A DNA stretch of 64,000 bases from Chloroflexota bacterium. Lineage in GTDB: Bacteria > Chloroflexota > Dehalococcoidia > GIF9 > JBFMDU01. The position numbers and the translations under genes were made by a program. Location of the stretch: contig JBFMDU010000021.1 of the NCBI GenBank assembly GCA_040753815.1, forward strand, positions 172,856 to 236,855, written 5' to 3'. Shown here piece by piece: positions 9,094 to 16,799 of this stretch (position 1 is the stretch's first letter; each line of letters starts with the position of its first letter). Below the pieces are notes generated by a model. That model saw only the letters and a program-made list of their open reading frames with translations, was not told where the DNA came from and did no database searches.

Positions 9094-9177
9094 TGGACAG
9101 TTCCAGAACTTTTATTTGAGAAGAAGCAACTTATCCCATCCCTGCAGCAGTTTCTGGTTTCGCGTTCATTACTGTAG
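9094..9177 (+). repeat. Gene 3'-end remnant, copy 2 (WTVPELLFEKKQLIPSLQQFLV...stop)
   Basis: Diverged direct repeat of 5859-5948; in-frame TGA at 9076-9078 and no start codon after it. Confidence 0.8.
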
Positions 9178-9270
9178 TGATACGACAGCAAGCTAACCGT
9201 AGCATGAATCTGACATTTTTCAATTGTAGCTGTTGTTCTCTCTGCTGATTATTCGGGCCTAAGTGAGAAG

Positions 9271-9903
9271 CTATTGCTTAAGACCCTGTGCAATCATCAT
9301 TTTGGGCATCATGAACCCTTTTACATAGGTTATAACAATCTCTGAAAATCCAGCCTCTTTCAGCATATTCCGCACGTCATCTTCTGTCCAGAGCTTCATC
9401 CCATACCTCTTGATATCCTTGGAATGGTCCTTTCCGTCTTCAGCATTCAATTCTATAGAAACAACAACTCTACCTCCCGGGCGCAACACTCGATACATTT
9501 CTTTCAGCGACCCCAGAGCCACAGGCTTAGGAAACAGCAGGAAACTAGACATTGATGTAGCAACGCTGAACTTGGTATCTTCCCATGGGAGTTGCGTTGC
9601 TTCACCCAGCACGAATTCTGCACTCCCTGCTACAATACGCTTCTTGTTCTTCTTGGTTGCCAGCTTGATGCAAAGCTCGGAAAGGTCTAAACCGGCAACG
9701 CTATGGACATGTGAGGCATAATTCTTTATGAAATGGCCATTCCCACAAGCAATCTCAAGGAGACTGTCTTCTGCCCGAAGTTTTAAAGCTTTAGCCACAC
9801 TCTTATAGATAGACTTGTGTCCTAGGTTCATGGACATAAGTAAAATTCTACCGGCAAATCCTCTGGGTAATTCGAACTGTGTTTTTCCCCTTTCAGCGTC
9901 TAT
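9271..9903 (-). CDS. Class I SAM-dependent methyltransferase (probable ATA start at 9903; first ATG at 9837)
   Basis: LLEIACGNG, GLDLS, LPW.D..F, RVLRPGG. The frame stays open upstream through QFELPRGFAGR to an ATA preceded by GGGGGTG. Confidence 0.8.
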   Translation of the reverse strand: MDAERGKTQFELPRGFAGRILLMSMNLGHKSIYKSVAKALKLRAEDSLLEIACGNGHFIKNYASHVHSVAGLDLSELCIKLATKKNKKRIVAGSAEFVLGEATQLPWEDTKFSVATSMSSFLLFPKPVALGSLKEMYRVLRPGGRVVVSIELNAEDGKDHSKDIKRYGMKLWTEDDVRNMLKEAGFSEIVITYVKGFMMPKMMIAQGLKQ

Positions 9904-9916
9904 CTTTTCACCCCCT

Positions 9917-10068
9917 TGACCTTACCCCGACCTTAGTGCCACCGGCATCCCAGTTTCTCCGGCTGGTTGCATTAATTCTATGGGTACTATCCCACCTGAT
10001 GCACCGCGTGGTCTAATGGTATTATAGTCTTTCCACCAGTTCTCGATAACCTCCCTTGCGTACTTCAT
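9917..10068 (-). mobile_element. IS3-family remnant: transposase C-terminal fragment plus right terminal inverted repeat
   Basis: AREVIENWWKDYNTIRPRGASGGIVP matches the W..DYN..RPH.SL...P integrase-core tail in degenerate form; the end reads TGACCTTACCCC (IS3/IS407-like IR). Confidence 0.75.
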
Positions 10069-10142
10069 CCTCACGCCTGTCTGTAGACGGTGCATAGATG
10101 GCCTGAGTATGATATGAAGATGGATTTCTTGTCGCCGCCCCG

Positions 10143-10236
10143 GATTCCTCGGTCGCTTCGCTCCCTCGGAATGACATAAGAGGATGATGCTCCCTCGGAA
10201 TGATATAGAAAAGAGTATGCTCCCTGGGAATGACAT
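10143..10236 (-). repeat. REP-like element (copy B) plus three tandem GCTCCCT(C/G)GGAATGA(C/T)AT units
   Basis: 18-nt units start at 10160, 10189 and 10219 (period 29-30 nt). Confidence 0.85.
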
Positions 10237-10251
10237 GGTGAGGGTGTTCTC

Positions 10252-11460
10252 CTACTTGCGGACAAAGACTGCCAGGCCGATGATGGACAGGACAGCTAAA
10301 GCGGAACTGAAGGCGAAGGGGGCGGCGGGGGTGAAGGTCTGCCAGAGCCAGCCGGCGATGACTGAGGCGGGGAGGAGACCGATGCCGAGGGCGGCGTAGT
10401 AGATGCCGTAGGCGGTGCCGCGGCGCTTGGATGGGACAAGGTCGGCGACAAAAGCACGGGCGACGCCTTCGGTGAGGGCGTAGTAAAGGCCCCAGGCGGC
10501 AAACAACAGCCAGACATGCCAGTGCGCCGTAGCGGCGGTGAAGCCGAGACGGACGGCGGCGAAGACCAGCCAGCCGATGATGATGACGCCTTTGCGGCCG
10601 AGTTTGTCGGAAAGGACGCCGAAGGGCACCGAGAGTCCGGCATAGACGGCATTGAAAAGAATAAGCATGAGCATGATGGTAAGAGTGGTGTTCTGGAGGT
10701 CCTGCGCCCGCAGGACAAGGAAGGCATCGCTGGAATTACCCAGGGTGAAGAGGAACATGACGCTGATGAAGGTCCAGAACTTCCGGCCAAGGCCGGTACC
10801 GGCAGTAACGGCGGTGGGAGCAGGGGATGACGGGACCGGTAAGGTCGGGTCCTCCCGCCTTTTCTCTTTGACGAAGATAAACATGCACAGGGCCAGGACG
10901 GCCGGGATAACGCCAATGACGACGAGCATCTGGTAGGTGGAGCGCTCGAGGAGCAGGCTGTTTTGCTGGAGGAGGAAGATGATCAGGGCGGCGCCGGTGA
11001 TGCCGAGCATGGCGCCTCCGGTGTCCATGGCGCGGTGGAAGCCGAAGCCCTTGCCGCGCTCGTGCTTTTCCAGCGAATCGGCCACCAGGGCATCACGCGG
11101 GGCGGAGCGAATGCCTTTGCCGATGCGGTCAGTGAAGCGGACGCCGAGCACCAACCCCCAGGACGTGGCAATGTACATGAGCGGCTTCATGACAGTGGAC
11201 AGGGTATAGCCGGAGAAGGCCAGGAGCTTGCGACGCCCGATTTTGTCGCTGAGCCAGCCGGAGCCAATGCGCAGAAAGGAAGCGGTGCTTTCGGCGACGC
11301 CTTCGACCAGGCCGATAATGGTCGGCGCCGCGCCGAGGACGTTGGCCAGGAAAAGGGGGAGGAGGGTGAAAATCATCTCACTGCTCATGTCATTGAGCAG
11401 GCTGACCAGCCCGAGGAAGAAGACATTAGCGGCGATGCCGAAGATGCGCTGGCGTGTCAT
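10252..11460 (-). CDS. MFS transporter
   Basis: About 12 TM helices, GWLSDKIGRR and GVLSDKLGRK motif A, DRIGKGIRSAPRDAL; ATG at 11460 with AGGGGG SD. Confidence 0.95.
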   Translation of the reverse strand: MTRQRIFGIAANVFFLGLVSLLNDMSSEMIFTLLPLFLANVLGAAPTIIGLVEGVAESTASFLRIGSGWLSDKIGRRKLLAFSGYTLSTVMKPLMYIATSWGLVLGVRFTDRIGKGIRSAPRDALVADSLEKHERGKGFGFHRAMDTGGAMLGITGAALIIFLLQQNSLLLERSTYQMLVVIGVIPAVLALCMFIFVKEKRREDPTLPVPSSPAPTAVTAGTGLGRKFWTFISVMFLFTLGNSSDAFLVLRAQDLQNTTLTIMLMLILFNAVYAGLSVPFGVLSDKLGRKGVIIIGWLVFAAVRLGFTAATAHWHVWLLFAAWGLYYALTEGVARAFVADLVPSKRRGTAYGIYYAALGIGLLPASVIAGWLWQTFTPAAPFAFSSALAVLSIIGLAVFVRK

Positions 11461-11487
11461 GAATGTCCCCCTGTGTGTTGAACGGAG

Positions 11488-11516
11488 ACAATACGGTAAG
11501 AGAGCGGCGATGTCAA
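11488..11516 (-). promoter_or_regulatory. Promoter of the MFS gene
   Basis: TTGACA-17 nt-TATTGT, ~27 nt upstream of the ATG. Confidence 0.7.
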
Positions 11517-11535
11517 GAAGGCAGGGCACCCACCC

Positions 11536-11563
11536 AGATTTCTCGCTGGCGCTCGAAATGACA
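11536..11563 (+). repeat. REP-like element (copy C) AGATTTCTCGCTGGCGCTCGAAATGACA
   Basis: Same GATT.CTCG...CTCG.AATGACA frame as 10143-10176. Confidence 0.65.
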
Positions 11564-11571
11564 TAGCGTAT

Positions 11572-11604
11572 AAATAATGAGAAAGCCGCCGTACGGCGGC
11601 TTTC
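11572..11604 (-). terminator. Intrinsic terminator closing the minus-strand non-coding unit
   Basis: GAAAGCCGCC-GTAC-GGCGGCTTTC (11581-11604) then TCATTATTT on the minus strand. Confidence 0.8.
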
Positions 11605-11853
11605 CCTTAACTACCGATTATTTAATTTCGGTTCAGATTACCTGCTCGTCCTCAGCCCTCTTACGGGATTATACCCGAATCAGCCTTTCTCCCTTTCCGG
11701 GAGCAACCGGCTCATTTATCTCGCACGGGCCAAGATACGAGTTCCGGTCGGCCCCGTCTCACCGACGGGGCTCTCTGAATCCACCTGGAGTATACGGTAC
11801 ACGGTCTGTGTGCACCACCTCCTTTCGCCCCGTTTTTTCACCTCCCCACCTCA
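11575..11853 (-). ncRNA. Putative stand-alone structured ncRNA (~280 nt), family not recognised
   Basis: Own promoter and terminator, no credible ORF, at least five hairpins and a long-range closing helix (UUCAGA/UCUGAA). Confidence 0.65.
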
Positions 11854-11859
11854 CGCTAT

Positions 11860-11888
11860 AAGTTACCACACCCCGCCTGATATGTCAA
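11860..11888 (-). promoter_or_regulatory. Promoter of the putative ncRNA
   Basis: TTGACA-17 nt-TAACTT with TG extension. Confidence 0.7.
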
Positions 11889-12039
11889 TAGTCATCGTAA
11901 AACCACAAGCCATGGTGGTCAGGGTCTTTATCGTCACAATATGCATGGTCTCTGCACTATTATGGCCCGGACCGATAAGAGAATCGAAAACAGTTGCGGC
12001 CTCTTCAGTATCCAGGCGACGAGTTAGGCTTTTTATGGT

Positions 12040-12058
12040 AGAACATATGTGCTATATT
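12040..12058 (+). promoter_or_regulatory. LexA (SOS) box overlapping the extended -10 of the terminase operon
   Basis: aGAAC-ATAT-GTGCt has one mismatch to GAAC-N4-GTTC, the box reported for Dehalococcoides LexA; it overlaps TG-C-TATATT. Confidence 0.65.
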
Positions 12059-12075
12059 CGGACAGAGGAGGGGCG

Positions 12076-12249
12076 ATGAGACTGCTTAAGATAGCGCTGG
12101 ACAGTGGCCGGCTCGACCTGGCGGCGCACGTCCTGGTTTACGGTCTGGTGATGGCGCATCGCCGTACTTATCGGAAAAGTAATGGCCACAGAAAAGGGCC
12201 CGAAGAGGCGAGGCCGGAAGAGCGAAGCCTTCTACGGCCGCGCACTTGA
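12076..12249 (+). CDS. Small hypothetical protein (57 aa), first gene of the terminase operon
   Basis: GAGGAGG SD and ATG at 12076; amphipathic MRLLKIALDSGRLDLAAHVLVYGLV. Confidence 0.6.
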   Translation: MRLLKIALDSGRLDLAAHVLVYGLVMAHRRTYRKSNGHRKGPEEARPEERSLLRPRT

Positions 12250-12526
12250 TGAATCGGAAAAACTGAAACTCGAGGAAGCACGCCGGGTGGAAGGGCTTGA
12301 TGAGGAAATCGCCGTCCTGCGGGTGAAACTGCGCGAGCTAATCGAGTCCCAGCCGGAAAAAGTCGAGCTATGCCTCACGGCCGCTAACACCATCGCACGG
12401 CTGGTGAGGACACGCTACAACATCTCCAGGGAGCAGAAGAAGTCACTCAAAGAGGCTATCACCAGGGTGCTCACCGAGATTGCGATTCCGGCCGGGGTGA
12501 GCGTGACCAAAGCACTTATTAAATGA
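12182..12526 (+). CDS. Probable terminase small subunit-like protein
   Basis: Basic N-terminus, AFYGRALDE (HGFY-like), helical body; ATGA overlap with the TerL start. Confidence 0.6.
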   Translation: MATEKGPKRRGRKSEAFYGRALDESEKLKLEEARRVEGLDEEIAVLRVKLRELIESQPEKVELCLTAANTIARLVRTRYNISREQKKSLKEAITRVLTEIAIPAGVSVTKALIK

Positions 12527-13857
12527 AGCTTAGGCCGTACCAACTGGAAATAGTGCGGGCGGTAGCCCGGAGCGTCCTGGACAAGCGCGGTACCGCCTTC
12601 ACCGTCGAGATCGCCCGCCAGGGCGGTAAGAACGAGATTTCGGCGCATCTTGAAGTGCTTCTGCTGACGATGTTCATGGTTAAAGGCGGAAGCTCGGTAA
12701 AGTGCTCGCCAACCTTCAAGCCGCAGACTGTTATCTCGATATCGCGCCTGAAACAGCGCCTGGACGACTTCGGCTTCGACGGCATCTGGCAGTCGGAACA
12801 GGGCTACATCATCCGCCTGGGCAATGCCCGCCAGATATTCCTGTCGGCCGAGGAATCGGCCTCAGTCGTCGGCCACACCGCCGACATCCTGCTGGAAATC
12901 GACGAGGCCCAGGACGTAGCCAAGGATAAGTACACGCGGGACTTTCGCCCCATGGCTAGCGCATCCAACGCCACCACCGTCATGTACGGCACGACCTGGG
13001 ACGACCGGACGCTCCTTGAGGAGACCAAACAGGCGAATCTTGAGCTTGAGCGCAAGAACGGCATCAAACGGCACTTCTCTTTTGACTGGCAGGAAGTTGC
13101 CAGATATAACCCGGCCTACGGAGCGTTCGTTGAGACCGAGCGCCAGCGTCTGGGAGAGAATCACCCGCTTTTCCTTACTCAGTACGCCTTGAAGCCCGTC
13201 CGCGGCGGCGGAGGCTTCCTTAACTGCGCCCAGCTAGCCCAGCTTGTCGGAAGCCATCCGCGCCAGGCCCGCCCGTCCAATGGCGCAATCTATGTAGCAG
13301 GCATCGACATCGCCGGTGAGGCCGAGACAAACGAAATAACATCAGGCAGGGACGCCACCGTCATCACCATCGCTAGGGTACAGTCAGGGCAGGCCGGTCT
13401 GGCCGCGGAGGTTGTTGAGCACTACGCCTGGACCGGCAGGAAGCATCCGGAGCTTTACCAGCAGATGGTCGATATCCTCAAGACGTGGAATTGCCGGCAC
13501 ATCCTGGTCGACGCCACGGGCATCGGCGAGCCGGTGGCGTCATTTTTACGTAAGGCGTTAGGCTCCAGGGTTGAGTCGTTTGTTTTTACACAGCAGTCCA
13601 AGAGTGAGCTCGGGTTCGAGTTCTTAGCGGCCGTTAATTCCGGACGTCTCAAGCTGTACCAGCCGGACGGTTCAAAAGAGTACCAGGAATTGATGTTCGA
13701 GCTTGAGCGGGCGCGCTCAGTTTATCGACCGAACCAGACGCTTAACTTTTTCGTTGAGCCGTCAGACGGCCATGATGACTATCTGATGAGCCTGGCTCTG
13801 GCAGTAAAAGCGGCAGAATCATGGGTCCCGAGGCGTGCCTCGGGTGTGGAAGCCTGA
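12523..13857 (+). CDS. Phage terminase large subunit (ATPase plus RNase H-like nuclease)
   Basis: LRPYQ Q-motif, ARQGGKN Walker A, LLEIDEAQ Walker B, YGT coupling motif; nuclease acidic residues in GIDIA, VDATGIG and HDDYLMSLALA. Confidence 0.92.
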   Translation: MKLRPYQLEIVRAVARSVLDKRGTAFTVEIARQGGKNEISAHLEVLLLTMFMVKGGSSVKCSPTFKPQTVISISRLKQRLDDFGFDGIWQSEQGYIIRLGNARQIFLSAEESASVVGHTADILLEIDEAQDVAKDKYTRDFRPMASASNATTVMYGTTWDDRTLLEETKQANLELERKNGIKRHFSFDWQEVARYNPAYGAFVETERQRLGENHPLFLTQYALKPVRGGGGFLNCAQLAQLVGSHPRQARPSNGAIYVAGIDIAGEAETNEITSGRDATVITIARVQSGQAGLAAEVVEHYAWTGRKHPELYQQMVDILKTWNCRHILVDATGIGEPVASFLRKALGSRVESFVFTQQSKSELGFEFLAAVNSGRLKLYQPDGSKEYQELMFELERARSVYRPNQTLNFFVEPSDGHDDYLMSLALAVKAAESWVPRRASGVEA

Positions 13858-13888
13858 AGAGGGCCGGTACCTACCGGCCCTCTTAATT
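13857..13888. terminator. Bidirectional hairpin between convergent terL and tubulin-like genes
   Basis: AAGAGGGCCGGTA-CC-TACCGGCCCTCTT inverted repeat. Confidence 0.75.
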
Positions 13889-13890
13889 AA

Positions 13891-15066
13891 CTACATAAGG
13901 GTCGGGAGTTGTTTGCCGATATCGTCGAGGTCTTTAAGCTGGGTCTGGGTCTCTTTGGCGCGCTGTTTCTGGGTAGCGACGATGGTGCCGGCCCGCTCGT
14001 AGTATTCGCGGATGGCCTGGACATTGGCAAGCTGTGAGAGGATGACGGTGACATCGATGGAGCTCCGCTCGCCGGGGAAATCGCCACCGCGGATGATAGC
14101 GCCGTCGGTCAGCTCGCGTAGGTAATCACCGAGTCCTTTGACGATGTCAATGGTCATGTCCTTGCCGGGGGCGGCGAGGAGGTACATGGCTTTGCCAGCA
14201 TCACGCGGGTTGCAGGTTATGGAAAGCTCGCTGATGGCGGCATCCATGGTCTGAACGCCCTTGAGGGTCTCGTCTGTCTTGGCGCGGAACTGTCGGGTGG
14301 AGCGCCATGGGAGGCGCAGAGTCGGCACATCACTGCGGCCGACACCGATGGCCGTCCAGCCCTCAAGCGTCTGCATGATATCGCCAGCATCCACTACTTT
14401 GGCGCCGACATGCTTTATCTTGGTCACCTCGCCGGCGCAGAGTAAGTCATAGAACGGCTCGGCAATTTGCTTGTTAATCTTGTCCAGGTTGTTGGCCAGG
14501 CTGGCATCTTTACGGACGTAGCGCTGGTTGTCGGCGAGGAAGACGGCATCGGCGACCTGTTTGATGCTCTTGAGACAGGTGGCGGCGTTGTAAACGGTGC
14601 GGACTTCGGTAGCTTGCTCATGTTCGAAGGGGAGGACGCAGAGAGCATAGAGCGGCTTGCCAACATAGCGGTCTTTAATCATCTGAGCGATGACAGAGAT
14701 GGACCCGGAACCGGTGCCGCCGCCGGCGCCGGCAATCAGAAGGAAGGAGTGGGTCTCATAGAAGCGTGGGGCGGCACGGATGGCATCGACAACTTTATCT
14801 CCATCCTCGCGGGCAAGCTCGGCGCCGACTTCGTTGATTTTGCCGACCCCATGCCCGCCAGTCTTGCGGGCGCCGATAAGGATGCGGTGCATGTAGTCAG
14901 ATTGAATGTAGGTAAGGCCGGTGAGGTCAGTCTTATCGCTGTTGACGGCGTAAGCGCCGGTGAGAATGGTGACGTTGCGTTCGGCTTTAGCCTGGCGGGC
15001 CATCCGGGCTAACTGGTCAGCAATACGACAGCCGCATTGACCCAACCCGATTACGAGTAACTTCAT
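13891..15066 (-). CDS. Tubulin/FtsZ-superfamily GTPase, CetZ-like
   Basis: IGLGQCGCRIAD, GHGVG, GGGTGSG, VLPF..E, ADNQ, VVDAGDIMQTL in place of the FtsZ NxDFAD T7 loop. Confidence 0.88.
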   Translation of the reverse strand: MKLLVIGLGQCGCRIADQLARMARQAKAERNVTILTGAYAVNSDKTDLTGLTYIQSDYMHRILIGARKTGGHGVGKINEVGAELAREDGDKVVDAIRAAPRFYETHSFLLIAGAGGGTGSGSISVIAQMIKDRYVGKPLYALCVLPFEHEQATEVRTVYNAATCLKSIKQVADAVFLADNQRYVRKDASLANNLDKINKQIAEPFYDLLCAGEVTKIKHVGAKVVDAGDIMQTLEGWTAIGVGRSDVPTLRLPWRSTRQFRAKTDETLKGVQTMDAAISELSITCNPRDAGKAMYLLAAPGKDMTIDIVKGLGDYLRELTDGAIIRGGDFPGERSSIDVTVILSQLANVQAIREYYERAGTIVATQKQRAKETQTQLKDLDDIGKQLPTLM

Positions 15067-15216
15067 ACGACTCCTCTTCTGTTGTATTGACAGAGCGGGT
15101 CAGAATTATCCTTGGCACTAGAGTATTACGCTGATAGCCATTTGTCAAGGCAAATTCAAGCGTTTTCGAACTGGCACGGCGCAAAGGCGTGGTAATACCG
15201 GGAGCGCTAAACCGGC

Positions 15217-15891
15217 CTAGCGCCGGCCGAAGAGGGCGAAAAAGCGGTCCTGGTACTCCTCGAAGACGCCCCATTGATTGAGCTCCCGGGCGAGTTCGGA
15301 TACGCGTGACGGGTCGTGCCGGGCGTGGGCAAAGAGTTCTTCGATATGCTGGCGCGCTTCGGCGGGAAGGCCGGCTTTGTCAACTTCAAGCAACCCACGC
15401 GCCTGGAATTCGGCAACGTTGCTATAGAGCGACTTCCGCGTGAGTTCATAAGTAAACTTGATGAGTGAGACATCCCAGAACTCTTCGACCCCTTTGATGA
15501 CGGCGGCAAGCGGGTCGCCCTTGCTTTCTACCATGGAGACGACGTTGTTCACCGCCTGCTGGACCGGCCCGGAGACGATATCCATCTGGCGCGGCTGATT
15601 GCGGTAGCGGTAGAAGACGGCCGGCTCATGCGGCGACTGCTCGGCCATCATCTGGACAAAGCGCCGCGCCTGGTCACTGAAGCCTTCGAGGTTGATGAGG
15701 TAGCCAGCGGTGACGATGCGCGGTTTTTCGGCGATGACATTGCCTTCCCGGACAATATTAACGACCTCGGTTAACTCGGTGACCAGGTAGTAGTTGATGT
15801 TGGTGGTGCCGAAAGTGGCCAGCGTCTGTTTAGGCGGGCGCACCACTGTGGTCGCCTTCAGCGCCTGCTGGATTTTTTCGTCGAGTTCCAT
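15217..15891 (-). CDS. Conserved hypothetical protein
   Basis: 224-aa ORF with host-like codon usage; no recognised motif. Confidence 0.8.
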   Translation of the reverse strand: MELDEKIQQALKATTVVRPPKQTLATFGTTNINYYLVTELTEVVNIVREGNVIAEKPRIVTAGYLINLEGFSDQARRFVQMMAEQSPHEPAVFYRYRNQPRQMDIVSGPVQQAVNNVVSMVESKGDPLAAVIKGVEEFWDVSLIKFTYELTRKSLYSNVAEFQARGLLEVDKAGLPAEARQHIEELFAHARHDPSRVSELARELNQWGVFEEYQDRFFALFGRR

Positions 15892-15953
15892 CCTGTCTCT
15901 CGCCCTTCCCCGGAAGGGATTCTAAGAGGGCATAGCCCTCTTTAACACCCCTA

Positions 15954-16679
15954 TTATATAATCAATTTCACAGCCTGAAAGTTACGGATGATGTTCTGCT
16001 TGCCGGTGATAATACTCCCGTACTCGGTGCTGTGGCCGGGCAGGAGGTATTCGACGTCGAGTTCGGAGAGCCGCTCAATACTCTTCTTAATGGCCATCAG
16101 GTTGCCTCCGGGGAAGTCAGTACGGCCGATACTGCCGTAAAACACGGTATCGCCGGTGATGAGCACTTTTTTATCCGGCCAATAGAAGGCGACCGAGCCT
16201 GGTGAGTGACCCGGTGCGGCGATGACCTGAAGGGTCAGGCGGTCCTTGACGCCAAGTTCGAGAGTTCCCTCTTTCAAATAGAAGAAGGGCTGGTACTTCG
16301 GTTTGGCGGCGCCGAAGGCGGCATAAACGTGGTCGCTCAAAGTGCGGCCCCACTCCTGGTCTTCTTTTGTCATGGCCAGCAGGGCGCGGCTCTTTTCCAT
16401 GATGGCTTCGCCGGCGGCATAGTGGTCGGTGTGGTAATGGGTATTGAGCACCAGGCCGATATCCTCGACCTTAAATCCGTCGTTTTCGATAGCTTTGGCG
16501 AGGCTCTCAAAACAGAGTTCGCCGGCCTCGTTGGCCACAGCGCCAGGGTCGATGATAACGTGCGGCGTCTCGCCGCGCAGGATGTTGGGGAAGAGGCAGG
16601 TATTGCAGTTGTTGCCGCGGCCCTGCCAGACATAGAAGATAAGGCCGTCTACGACTGGTATTGATTTATGCAGGAGCAT
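15954..16679 (-). CDS. MBL-fold hydrolase (glyoxalase II-like)
   Basis: THYHTDH, PGHSPG, TGD, GRTDFPGG, PGH. Confidence 0.92.
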   Translation of the reverse strand: MLLHKSIPVVDGLIFYVWQGRGNNCNTCLFPNILRGETPHVIIDPGAVANEAGELCFESLAKAIENDGFKVEDIGLVLNTHYHTDHYAAGEAIMEKSRALLAMTKEDQEWGRTLSDHVYAAFGAAKPKYQPFFYLKEGTLELGVKDRLTLQVIAAPGHSPGSVAFYWPDKKVLITGDTVFYGSIGRTDFPGGNLMAIKKSIERLSELDVEYLLPGHSTEYGSIITGKQNIIRNFQAVKLII

Positions 16680-16799
16680 TCATCCTATCCCATGCCCCTT
16701 CCCTTCGAAGGGAAGGGGTTTGTCTCCTTATCCAGCTTTGGATATTGTCCGAATTATAGGGTAAAATCGAGGCTGAACGCCACTTGAGGAGCTGCGGGC

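Noticed and set aside
10160-10236. Three repeats with variable spacers, resembling a mini CRISPR array
   Set aside because: Repeats of 18 nt and spacers of 11-12 nt are too short, no cas genes are present, and the unit is the end of the REP-like element.
11620-11660. Hammerhead-like CUGAGGA...GAAA on the minus strand
   Set aside because: Stem II lacks the required closing pair and stems I and III cannot be built.
11575-11853. T-box or riboswitch controlling the MFS gene
   Set aside because: No GGUGG.ACC T-box sequence or recognised aptamer consensus, and the MFS gene has its own promoter downstream of the terminator. Kept as an unassigned ncRNA.
11577-12079. Track ORFs 11577..11861 and 11810..12079 (+)
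   Set aside because: No SD or recognisable motif; they run antisense to the structured RNA and across two promoters.
12040-13888. Intact prophage
   Set aside because: No integrase, portal, capsid, tail, lysis or replication genes or att sites; the flanks are host-type genes.
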